This document shows, in pieces, positions 44,044 through 51,912 of a stretch of 51,912 nt of DNA. Position 1 is the stretch's first letter; every line of letters starts with the position of its first letter. The DNA comes from a virus. Taxonomy: Duplodnaviria > Caudoviricetes. The notes under the pieces are model-generated. The model saw nothing but the letters and a program-made list of their open reading frames with translations, made no database searches and was not told the DNA's origin. The position numbers were made by a program, and so were the translations under genes. The stretch is from positions 1 to 51,912 of IMG/VR virus record IMGVR_UViG_3300026306_000001; one strand, given 5' to 3'.

Positions 44044-44071
44044 AGGATAGCCGCGGTCAGAGGTTTATTTT
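44044..44071 (-). promoter_or_regulatory. candidate late promoter for tail-tip genes
   Basis: AAAATAAacctctgaccGCGGCTATCCT 6 nt before GTG 44037. Confidence 0.5.
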
Positions 44072-44080
44072 CTTGGGGCG

Positions 44081-44109
44081 TTGACACTATTCTTACCCGG
44101 TCTTAGACT
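44081..44109 (+). promoter_or_regulatory. sigma70-like promoter of the moron
   Basis: TTGACA-17-TAGACT, 7 nt before ATG 44117. Confidence 0.75.
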
Positions 44110-44116
44110 CCCGCGC

Positions 44117-44695
44117 ATGAAATCCAAAATGACGCTTATCGCCCTGGCGCTGGTTTGCGCCTCCACGCTTTCGGCAAAACCACAGTCGAACACTGACGTT
44201 CAAAGCAAAATCAAAACTTTCCGCAACGCCAAACGATACCGCTACGAGTATGATCGGTTCAAAGATCGTACCCACGTTCGGTGTCTTGGTTTTGCTGTCA
44301 AAGTCAGAAATACCGGAAGCGGAATTCAACGTGTAATTGTTAGCACTGACCTGTTCTTTGCCGGTAAAGATCCTCACAGCTCTGAAGCCCACTTCTATTT
44401 GACTTTTGAGGCTTACGGTGCCAACTGGCAATTGTTAAAGAATAAAAATTTACTGGCGATTGTTGACGGGACTCGCAAAGACTTCGGACAAGGTTTGCAT
44501 GATAGTGAAATTACCAGCGGTTTATACACTGGCAGCGTTGGCGTCGATGAGCGACTAACGTTCCAATTTAGTGCGGAAGATCTCCAGAGTCTGGCGCGCG
44601 CGAAAACGGTTGAGTTCCAGATTTCGGACCTAGATTTGAGTTTAGAAGACGAACATCAACAAGCTTGGCGCGACCTGCTGGGCTTGGTTAAGTGA
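44117..44695 (+). CDS. secreted protein moron (opposite strand, inside the tail operon)
   Basis: Signal peptide MKSKMTLIALALVCASTLSA; YDRFKDRT and LARAKTVEFQI motifs. Confidence 0.75.
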   Translation: MKSKMTLIALALVCASTLSAKPQSNTDVQSKIKTFRNAKRYRYEYDRFKDRTHVRCLGFAVKVRNTGSGIQRVIVSTDLFFAGKDPHSSEAHFYLTFEAYGANWQLLKNKNLLAIVDGTRKDFGQGLHDSEITSGLYTGSVGVDERLTFQFSAEDLQSLARAKTVEFQISDLDLSLEDEHQQAWRDLLGLVK

Positions 44696-44697
44696 CT

Positions 44698-47469
44698 TCA
44701 GTCCTGGCGTTTGATTTCTTTCACGATAGCTTCCCGAACCCGCCCACCCGAGCCAGCATCAGTTACCACAATATTAGTGACGTGATCTTTCAGTAATGGC
44801 GTGTTGAATTCATGCTTGATCGTGAGATGGATTGGGGCCGAACGTTGCGAACCAAGTTCTATTGATCCACTTTGGTTTGATGCTCCCCCTCCGGCGGAAC
44901 TCGATCGGCCGGCAGACGATCCGCCGCTGCTTCCGCCTCCCGTGGCCTGATTAAACGAATTACCCGCGACGGCACGCCCAGTCACGGCGGCAACCCCGGC
45001 TAGGCTTCCGTAAATTGCGGCTGCCGTGAAGTGTTCCGCCGCCGAAGGGCCAGCGTTTGGAACTCCGAAGTACGCGAGCGCAAGCGCCGCAAAACCTTCG
45101 GCAAGCTCAAAGATTGCTTTGACTGCGGCCTGCTGAGCGATGCTCGCTAAAATCTGGGCAGTTACTTGACGGACACTTGCGCCGGCCTTTCCGTACAGCA
45201 CCCAGGCATAGGCGGCTTGACCAACCGCCTCACCCAACCCCGAAAAAGCAGTTGTCAGGGCCCCTACGCCAGCCAGTGCGGCGCTCTGTTGCGCCCCTGA
45301 GAGATTCTCATTGATAGCCCCAAACAGTTGGTCGATCGAGCTTGCAGTTCTCTTGGGAACTTTCCCCGCGTCGCCTTCGACATCGCCGAATGTATTCTCG
45401 AAGCGCTTTCTGCGAGCTTCTTCAAGTTCCCGCCAACTGACTGATTCCTTTTTGAGTGCATCGCGAATCTTCCGCGAAGCCTCGACCGCGGCGCCGGCCC
45501 GTTCACCTTCCAGCCGGATCAGCTCATCTGCGATCTCTTTTTGCCTTTCCAGCGTAACCCCGAAGGCCTTCTGTTCGTCTTCGAGAGCTGTTTTACGCCG
45601 CGCGAAGGACGCCTGTACCACTTCTGCGATCTGCTTTTCAGCGTCCGACTCAAGAAGGCCAGTACTGCGAATTCGATCTTTGATCGACTCAATGACTCGC
45701 TGGTCAGCTTCTTCCTGTATTTGTACGTGCCGTTGATTAGCGGCCAGTTGAGCCGCGGCGATCTGCTTGTCGCGCTCATCCTCCAGTCTGGAAGTTTCCT
45801 GATCGTTCTTTGCTGTCGCAGCCTGTGTTTCTAAGGTCAGTTCTTTATCTCTAATGTTGAACTGGCGTTTAGTAATCAGCTTTTTAGCGAGAGCGCGTTC
45901 GATCGCAGACTGTTCGCCGTTGATCTTGTCGATGGTTGCGTTGAGTTCCTGATCCGCCAGGTCTATTGCGCGTTTGGTGAATTCCTCGATCGTTCGGGCT
46001 TGCCGCCGAAAAGCTCGTTCGTTTTCGGCAATGTCGGCGTCGAGTTGTTGCCTGATCTCGCGTCCGGCTAGTTCCGCTTCTTTCAACGATTCTTTTAGCT
46101 CTGTGCTTGCCTTGCCGCCGCCTCCCCCACCTCTCGTCTTTTGTCGCGTAATTCCCGCGCCAGCTGACAAATCCCCCCCGCTTTGACGCGGAGGCAGATT
46201 TACTGACGCATCAACGTCTGCACCAACGTGAACGACTTGCTTAGGCGGGACGATAAACTGCCACGCATCGCGGAGGGCGATAAGGGTTTCTTCAAGGAGC
46301 CGCAAGTTACCAATCAGAAGCACGAGGTCTGCTTTGACGAAGCTCTGAATTACAGACCCGAATAATTGAATTGCGTCCTGGTTCTCTTTGAGGACTCGGG
46401 AAACATCTTTGAAGGCAGAAAGGATCGCGGGAATAGCGTCTTTAGAGATCGTCGCAGTAACGGCCCGAAGCTGGAACTGCACGAGCGCCATCTGATCGTT
46501 AAACTCATCCGCGGCCTTGGCATCTTCCGTGCTAACGATCAATCCCATCTCACGGAATTTCTTAATCGCTACATCAAGGTTGCCGTTCGTCTCTTTTATG
46601 ATCGCGAGAATCGACTTGCCGCCGCGTCCGAACAGTTCCAACGCTGTTGCGGTCTGGTGAAAGCCTTCAGGCATCTTTGCCAGCGCAGTGAACGCCTGTC
46701 GGAATGCCTCCTCAGTATTGTTGGTTTCAATGCCCAGCTCTTTCATCAGCAGGGCTTGTTTGCTGGTCGAGTCCTCTGAGGCTTCGAGATTCTTTTGGAA
46801 GATGCCTAGTGAAGCGGTAAGCCCCTCAAGACTGCCCCCGGTAGTTTTGGCAACCACCTCGAGCGCGGAGAGTGTTTCAACGCTGACGCCTGTTTGCTGC
46901 GACAGGTCGAATAGTGCACCTTGCCACTCGGCAGTGCTTTGAGCCAGGTCAAAGAATTCTTTGTTCAGTAAAACGAACCCAGCAGTAAGCGCAGCAGCGG
47001 CTACAACCGCAATACCAATTGGTCCAGCCAGGGCGACGATTGACGTACCGGCACCTTCAGCCGCAGTTTCGGCCCCCTTTAAGCCGTCTGCCGCTTCGCC
47101 TGCCAGCGAACCAAGTGAACCAATCCGCCCAGCAACGCCGCCTAAAGGCCCCTGAAGCGTGGCGGACGAGGCCCGCAACACCTGCATGATGTCGGTGATC
47201 TTCTGTAGATTCTCTTTGACCGGCCCAACGCCTTTGGCGAGGTCCGCGGCAGCCTTCTCAGTCTGTTTCCATTCCGCAATGAGGGCGGCGGACCGTTGGC
47301 GTTGAAGAGAAGAAACCGCCGCCAGCTGTTGCCGCATGGACAGCTCAGACTTATTTGCGTTCTGAGTGGATTGAACGGTCTGGGCAACTTCCCGGCGCAC
47401 GTCTGCTAACGCCGCCTTTGCGATCGCGGGGTCAATAGAGACTTTCCAAGTCAGTTCTTGCGCTGACAA
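44698..47469 (-). CDS. tail tape measure protein
   Basis: 923 aa, Ala-rich and helical; LSQQTGVSVETLS and LFGRGG motifs; AAGGAG RBS, TTG start. Confidence 0.9.
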   Translation of the reverse strand: MSAQELTWKVSIDPAIAKAALADVRREVAQTVQSTQNANKSELSMRQQLAAVSSLQRQRSAALIAEWKQTEKAAADLAKGVGPVKENLQKITDIMQVLRASSATLQGPLGGVAGRIGSLGSLAGEAADGLKGAETAAEGAGTSIVALAGPIGIAVVAAAALTAGFVLLNKEFFDLAQSTAEWQGALFDLSQQTGVSVETLSALEVVAKTTGGSLEGLTASLGIFQKNLEASEDSTSKQALLMKELGIETNNTEEAFRQAFTALAKMPEGFHQTATALELFGRGGKSILAIIKETNGNLDVAIKKFREMGLIVSTEDAKAADEFNDQMALVQFQLRAVTATISKDAIPAILSAFKDVSRVLKENQDAIQLFGSVIQSFVKADLVLLIGNLRLLEETLIALRDAWQFIVPPKQVVHVGADVDASVNLPPRQSGGDLSAGAGITRQKTRGGGGGGKASTELKESLKEAELAGREIRQQLDADIAENERAFRRQARTIEEFTKRAIDLADQELNATIDKINGEQSAIERALAKKLITKRQFNIRDKELTLETQAATAKNDQETSRLEDERDKQIAAAQLAANQRHVQIQEEADQRVIESIKDRIRSTGLLESDAEKQIAEVVQASFARRKTALEDEQKAFGVTLERQKEIADELIRLEGERAGAAVEASRKIRDALKKESVSWRELEEARRKRFENTFGDVEGDAGKVPKRTASSIDQLFGAINENLSGAQQSAALAGVGALTTAFSGLGEAVGQAAYAWVLYGKAGASVRQVTAQILASIAQQAAVKAIFELAEGFAALALAYFGVPNAGPSAAEHFTAAAIYGSLAGVAAVTGRAVAGNSFNQATGGGSSGGSSAGRSSSAGGGASNQSGSIELGSQRSAPIHLTIKHEFNTPLLKDHVTNIVVTDAGSGGRVREAIVKEIKRQD

Positions 47470-47511
47470 TTATTCTCCTTCAGCGCCGCTCACTCGAAAA
47501 CTATTCAGTTG

Positions 47512-47784
47512 TTAGTTGGGTTTTGCTTCAGGGATCAGCCCGCCAACTTCATCGGACTTGCCCCGAAACCGAGGCGGCGCGTTTGCGCCAGAAGAATGCG
47601 AGCTCAAGGCTTCTGCTTCACGCTGCTTGAGTTCACAATCAAAGAACAAAAGTCGCTGACTACAAAGCCTGTCGAAATCGAGCGCGACGCCTCGATCAAG
47701 AATTCCAAACAGTTCGCTAGGACGCTTTCCGAACTGCTTTCCGATTAGAGCGAGTTCCAGGACCTCTCGCGAGTTTCTTACGAA
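47512..47784 (-). CDS. tail assembly chaperone C-terminal extension (gpT-like), probably reached by +1 frameshift
   Basis: Overlaps the TAC 3' end in the +1 frame; GKRPSELFGI.D...A.DFD motif; no RBS. Confidence 0.6.
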   Translation of the reverse strand, partial: FVRNSREVLELALIGKQFGKRPSELFGILDRGVALDFDRLCSQRLLFFDCELKQREAEALSSHSSGANAPPRFRGKSDEVGGLIPEAKPN

Positions 47785-48352
47785 AGCGGGAGAGGTCATC
47801 CAATGGAATGGCCCCGCCTCCCTTCAAATCAACACCCGTTGCCAGGCCGGTGGCGTACTTGAATAGAAGCCAGTTCGCATCGGCGTCGTCCAGCCGCCGG
47901 GGATCCAGAACCAGATCCTTCGGATCGAACTTTTCAGGGTCAAACTCGGAATCGAGTTCAGTCAGACCTTTGATTGCCGCGGCTTTCCATTCGTCGGTGA
48001 ATTCAATCTGATCGGCAGGCTGATTCGAGAACAACGGGATCACGGATGCGCTTTGAATAATCGCTGACAGCCTGGCGGTTTCCCTCTGGCCGTCTGCCAA
48101 TTCTTCGGCGGACATCTTGCCGGCCAAATCAAGAGCATCATCAAGGCCCGGCGTGCCGCTTTCCTTCCAGCCCTCGACTGCGATTTTTGTCAGACCTGAA
48201 GGCATCGAAGCGGCCAACACCGAAGACCACACCGCCGAGACAGGGCGCAGATAGAACTTCTCCCCGGTCACGGGATTCAGCACCCATCGCGGCTCGCTCT
48301 TGAGAAGCCGTTCGGCTTTGCGTTGTTCGTAGTTAGACGCTGACCAGCTCAT
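47717..48352 (-). CDS. tail assembly chaperone (gpG-like)
   Basis: Between major tail and tape measure genes; start reassigned to ATG 48352. Confidence 0.7.
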   Translation of the reverse strand: MSWSASNYEQRKAERLLKSEPRWVLNPVTGEKFYLRPVSAVWSSVLAASMPSGLTKIAVEGWKESGTPGLDDALDLAGKMSAEELADGQRETARLSAIIQSASVIPLFSNQPADQIEFTDEWKAAAIKGLTELDSEFDPEKFDPKDLVLDPRRLDDADANWLLFKYATGLATGVDLKGGGAIPLDDLSRFRKKLARGPGTRSNRKAVRKAS

Positions 48353-48353
48353 A

Positions 48354-48965
48354 TTAGGTGATTGTCTTCCACCAGATGCCAACGCGATCCGTGGCCGGAC
48401 GCGAAGCGATCGACATGCCGACAAACTTGAAGGGCGAAGCCGCCATCTTCTTGCGGCCGATATCCATCGCGAACCCTTCATCGTTGTAGGCTTTGTAAAG
48501 TTCGATGCCCACGATCTTGGTCGTATCAGAGTAAAGCGGCGCAATCAGAATCACCGTGAAGGTGGTTAAGGCCTGCCCGTCACCGAGGGTAATCTGTTCA
48601 TATCCGGAACCGGCCGTGCGAGTTCCTGTGGCAATCAGCTTAGCCAGGATCGTTGACTCGATCGTCTGGATCATGCTGCCTTCGATCGTCGCCTCGACAA
48701 CGTTGATCGAAGAAATGATCGGGGCTGCTTGTTCGTCGGAATGGTATTGCTCGATCGTTGGCTTATAGATGAACTTCGAACCTTCGAGCGTCATGCCGAT
48801 GTGGACGGCGCCGACTGAAGCAGTAGCGTCCGGAGTCAAGGCACCGTCAGCAGCCGAGGCGATTACGGGACGCGATCCAGTTGCGGGAAGTTCGCCAGCC
48901 AGCCACACGTCGCCGGGGCCAAGCTGAACCATTGCGGTGTTGTAATCACGAGCCAGACCAGCCAT
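48354..48965 (-). CDS. major tail tube protein
   Basis: 203 aa; LGPGDVW...IG.T..G..F.Y.P tube-protein motif; AAGGAG RBS. Confidence 0.8.
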   Translation of the reverse strand: MAGLARDYNTAMVQLGPGDVWLAGELPATGSRPVIASAADGALTPDATASVGAVHIGMTLEGSKFIYKPTIEQYHSDEQAAPIISSINVVEATIEGSMIQTIESTILAKLIATGTRTAGSGYEQITLGDGQALTTFTVILIAPLYSDTTKIVGIELYKAYNDEGFAMDIGRKKMAASPFKFVGMSIASRPATDRVGIWWKTIT

Positions 48966-48971
48966 GTGTTG

Positions 48972-49400
48972 TTACTCCTTCGCGGCGAGAATGTCCGCGA
49001 CCTGAGCCGCGTATTTTTGGTAGTCGTCATATTTCTTCTGACCAGCCTCAGCACCGAACTGATCCCGCAAATCTTCCAGCGTGCGCGACAGGTTGCCAAT
49101 GCCCAGAGGTGGCCGGAAGTTCGTTGCTTCAAATTGAGGATTGAAGAAGACAGAGCCGCCGCCGATCCCGGCGATAGCCAGGTATTTCTTTTCGCCCAAC
49201 TCCTTACCAAACTCCGCCTGAAGGCCTGCGAGCGTGACGGACATTCGGACTTTGCTCTCAGGGTGGACTCCTTCAAAGAGCCGAGTTTCATTATCCACGC
49301 CGGCCGTGGTCTCAGCTTCTTTGCCCGAGAATGGTTTATCAATTCCCATCACGACAGCGGAACTCTTAGCAGTTTTGGATTCAGAGGTTTGCTCAGCCAT
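48972..49400 (-). CDS. hypothetical protein
   Basis: ATG 49400 with GGGAG RBS; internal FG.E.G.KKY duplication. Confidence 0.6.
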   Translation of the reverse strand: MAEQTSESKTAKSSAVVMGIDKPFSGKEAETTAGVDNETRLFEGVHPESKVRMSVTLAGLQAEFGKELGEKKYLAIAGIGGGSVFFNPQFEATNFRPPLGIGNLSRTLEDLRDQFGAEAGQKKYDDYQKYAAQVADILAAKE

Positions 49401-49450
49401 GCGATTCTCCCTTTTCGACGTAACCTTAAAACAGTTGCCGTCTTTACGTT

Positions 49451-50191
49451 TCACCGCTCGTTATATTTCAAAGTCAGTTCCAGTTTGACGTTTCGGCCCC
49501 ACGTTCCACTCACAGCGTCCTTGCCCATGATGAAGTACTGCCAACTCAATTCCGGAATCATTCCAAAGACGTAGTTTGGCGAGATCCCGGTCGTGTAGTC
49601 AGAGATTGGTGCAGACTTGAGGACCGCTCTCAACGCTCGAACGTATTTCAGGAGTTTACGAAGGCAATTTGTTGGATCGGCATCCTCAACCGCCAGGTAA
49701 AGGCTAATCCTGAGAGAGAGGCTTTCGAAATGGTCCGACTGCTCGCCACCGCCGGCGTCCGGCTCGATGGCCAGTGCCGGTAAAGATCCACGGAAGTTTG
49801 CGAAGTCTCCCAAGGTAAGCGTTAAGTCCGGGAGTCCCGTAAAAGTAACGACCTCGTTGCCGTCAACTGCCGGAATGGCGACCCTCAGACCGGGCGCGAA
49901 CGTAACGTCTGAATCGGTCCCAACTAAGGTTGTTGCACTCTGAACCGTATAGACCTGAGTGTCCCCGGCAATCGTGAAGGAATCGCCTTCTGTTGGCTTT
50001 ACGGTGAAGCCGTCCATATGGAGCACAGTCGTCCCGACAGGGCGCGCTATGGAATCGTCAAGCCGCGGGCTTCCGGTCGCTGGCGGGTAAAATAGATCCA
50101 ACGCGGGCTTAAAGTCCCGATCAAGGACAGCGAGAACGTTGTCTAAAGCAACACTCTCCAAGGCCTCTTGATAACGTGTCGAAAAAGTCAT
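49451..50191 (-). CDS. tail terminator-like protein with an inserted beta domain
   Basis: LPALAIEP...LLKYVRALRAVL core; position before the major tail gene. Confidence 0.55.
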   Translation of the reverse strand: MTFSTRYQEALESVALDNVLAVLDRDFKPALDLFYPPATGSPRLDDSIARPVGTTVLHMDGFTVKPTEGDSFTIAGDTQVYTVQSATTLVGTDSDVTFAPGLRVAIPAVDGNEVVTFTGLPDLTLTLGDFANFRGSLPALAIEPDAGGGEQSDHFESLSLRISLYLAVEDADPTNCLRKLLKYVRALRAVLKSAPISDYTTGISPNYVFGMIPELSWQYFIMGKDAVSGTWGRNVKLELTLKYNER

Positions 50192-50640
50192 TGCAGTTGA
50201 AACCCGAGGTCAATCAATCGTTCATTCTTTGACGTAACTGCGATCATCATTAACTTGTCTTCGCGCGCGTCCGTGATGTTGATCACGTGGAAACGTTCCT
50301 GATGAAACACTCCGTAATAAACGTCTGAGCCATACTCACCGCTCAGAGGTGAAATTCGAGTGATGTTCCCGGGCTGGTCCTTGGCAAACGACAGATAGAA
50401 CGCGTCAGTCCTTCGAAGCTTTGTCTTGCCGGGAAACTCTTTAGCCTTGCGCGCTGCATACTCCGGAGTCAGGTCCGGTGAACCGGGAAACTCAGCGTCA
50501 AAGTCACTGTGAATGATTACCGTCGACTCAGGCGCGAGCTTTTCAAGTTCCTTCGTCCAGTCCGAAAACTCTGCCTGCGCCCGCTCGAGGGCCTGCAGTA
50601 ATCCGTTGGCGCCACTCTCTTGTAATTGAAGGACGAACAT
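50188..50640 (-). CDS. neck/tail-completion protein (virion morphogenesis family)
   Basis: LTPEYAARK...L.RT...S...YGSDVYYGVFHQ motif; start at ATG 50640. Confidence 0.65.
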   Translation of the reverse strand: MFVLQLQESGANGLLQALERAQAEFSDWTKELEKLAPESTVIIHSDFDAEFPGSPDLTPEYAARKAKEFPGKTKLRRTDAFYLSFAKDQPGNITRISPLSGEYGSDVYYGVFHQERFHVINITDAREDKLMMIAVTSKNERLIDLGFQLQ

Positions 50641-50984
50641 TACGCCCCTCCGGGAATCGCCGTTGCCAGGGCAATGCGTTGCGCCTTCTCCCAGCCAAGC
50701 TCTTTCATTTGTTCGGCTGAAATCGCGGCTACGTCGATGTTCTTTCCGAGCAAAAGAAAGTTGACGTCGTTCACGCCGCGATGGTTCATGAATGCCGCCA
50801 GGGATTGCCTGATGGCCTGCGCGGCCTGCTGGGACACCTCGTCCATTGCGGTGCGAATGATTACCGTATCGCCCGGGTTGATAGTCAGGCACTCAAGCCC
50901 GCGCAAGAGAATGTCCACCTCCTCAGGCTCCGCCGGTTGGTTGCCACCATTGATTCGTTGGAATTTACGAAGTGCGTTGCTCAT
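50640..50984 (-). CDS. hypothetical protein
   Basis: 114-aa ORF coupled at both ends in the neck module. Confidence 0.6.
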   Translation of the reverse strand: MSNALRKFQRINGGNQPAEPEEVDILLRGLECLTINPGDTVIIRTAMDEVSQQAAQAIRQSLAAFMNHRGVNDVNFLLLGKNIDVAAISAEQMKELGWEKAQRIALATAIPGGA

Positions 50985-51406
50985 ACATTCGCCGGACTCC
51001 TAAAGCCGATCGTCAGTTTCGCAAGGACAAATAACCAGACCGCACTGGAACTCTTTTCCCTTACAGGCTGTTCAAACACCATCGCCGACTCATTGCCGCG
51101 CGCGTGAACTGTGATCTTCTGCTTCGGATGGATTCCTGCCGTCGTTGCATTCCAGCCAAACTTCAACCGATGAGTGGCGGTGTAGGTCACGCCGCCGGAG
51201 ACGATTGTGTTACCACCTGGCGCGGCTTCGGCAATTTGGACGGGAATGTTGGTAGCCACAGGAGTTGTCCCTTCTGTTTTTCCTGAGTGGCCGTCACTGA
51301 CGAGGCTCAGTTCAACGATGTCGCAGAGGTCCTCAAGCGCCTTCGGTGCAGCTTTAGCGTTTACCTTCGTCCTGGCTTTGTCGATTGCGTTCCCGGCTTT
51401 GCTCAT
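50981..51406 (-). CDS. head closure/stopper protein
   Basis: C.I......DG..G... beta-rich pattern; follows the adaptor gene. Confidence 0.6.
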   Translation of the reverse strand: MSKAGNAIDKARTKVNAKAAPKALEDLCDIVELSLVSDGHSGKTEGTTPVATNIPVQIAEAAPGGNTIVSGGVTYTATHRLKFGWNATTAGIHPKQKITVHARGNESAMVFEQPVREKSSSAVWLFVLAKLTIGFRSPANV

Positions 51407-51708
51407 CAGAACACCCCGCGAACTGGAATCGAGACGGAGCCCTGCTGAATCTCAGAGGAGTAGAGAGGCAGCCCAAGGGCCTTCCGGACCCGCTCGCGAA
51501 TCGCATTTAGCAGAGGAACGGCGTCCAGGTTGGTTTCGCCGGTCAGCTTAAAGTCGACATCGTTCCGGTTGTCATTCCAGGTCGCGATGTCGGCAATGAT
51601 CGAGGTTTCTTGTTCGGTGATTAGACTGCCAACGAGGGAATCAATCGTGGCGTAGGTTTCGCGCGTGATTTCCGCGACCGTGACTTTTTGAGTTGCGGTG
51701 AGCGCCAT
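51406..51708 (-). CDS. head-tail adaptor-like protein
   Basis: 100-aa helical protein starting MALTATQK; first neck gene. Confidence 0.55.
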   Translation of the reverse strand: MALTATQKVTVAEITRETYATIDSLVGSLITEQETSIIADIATWNDNRNDVDFKLTGETNLDAVPLLNAIRERVRKALGLPLYSSEIQQGSVSIPVRGVF

Positions 51709-51715
51709 TGGGTCA

Positions 51716-51912
51716 TTAGATCGCCACGTGGTAGTCAATGGTTATGACGGCCGTTCCTGTGCCGGTAGCGAACGGAGCCGTGGCGCAAGTGATCACAATC
51801 GGCGCGTTGGCCACCGGCGTGATCGACGCTTCAATTCCTCGCACATTCGCAAAGGCAGTGCCGGCGCCTCCGGTCGTTATCAAGGCTGCGGCTACGTCTG
51901 CTGTGACCTTCG
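51716..51912 (-). CDS. C-terminal part of the junction-spanning 202-aa protein
   Basis: Reads AKVTADVAAALIT...FATGTGTAVITIDYHVAI-stop, in frame with 412..1. Confidence 0.8.
   Translation of the reverse strand, partial: KVTADVAAALITTGGAGTAFANVRGIEASITPVANAPIVITCATAPFATGTGTAVITIDYHVAI

Noticed and set aside
1-51912. Host assignment (Acidobacteriota-like impression from the moron and promoter style) and alternative genetic code
   Set aside because: The host cannot be established without a search; coding is dense under the standard code, so recoding is not needed.

Overview
The window looks like a complete, circularly permuted temperate siphovirus-type phage genome of 51,912 bp in its excised form. 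A 202-aa minus-strand gene reads in frame across the 1/51912 junction. One long leftward gene run covers, in order: Cro-like and CII-like regulators; ERF/YqaJ recombination; replication initiator and DnaB; nucleotide-related accessory genes; xis-int-putative attP; HerA-like ATPase and RuvC-like resolvase; a putative late regulator; lysis; terminase, portal, scaffold and capsid; and tail genes. A short rightward early operon encodes an HNH-like protein, a pentapeptide-repeat protein, NinG and a C5 methyltransferase. The most unusual points are: (1) an immunity region built from ribbon-helix-helix proteins plus a stand-alone UmuD-like S24 autopeptidase, with a GCTAGCA-NN-TGCTAGC operator over both divergent early promoters; (2) int/attP sitting mid-operon, so integration would cut the early transcript off from the resolvase, late regulator and late genes; (3) two divergent self-promoted SAM methyltransferase morons (one FkbM-type) next to the tailspike; (4) a +1 UUU_CGU tail-chaperone frameshift; (5) a candidate late-promoter motif with leaderless starts; (6) many C-terminal Ala-Ala ends; and (7) several structured intergenic RNAs. 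All family assignments come from motif recognition by eye, and no database search was run.
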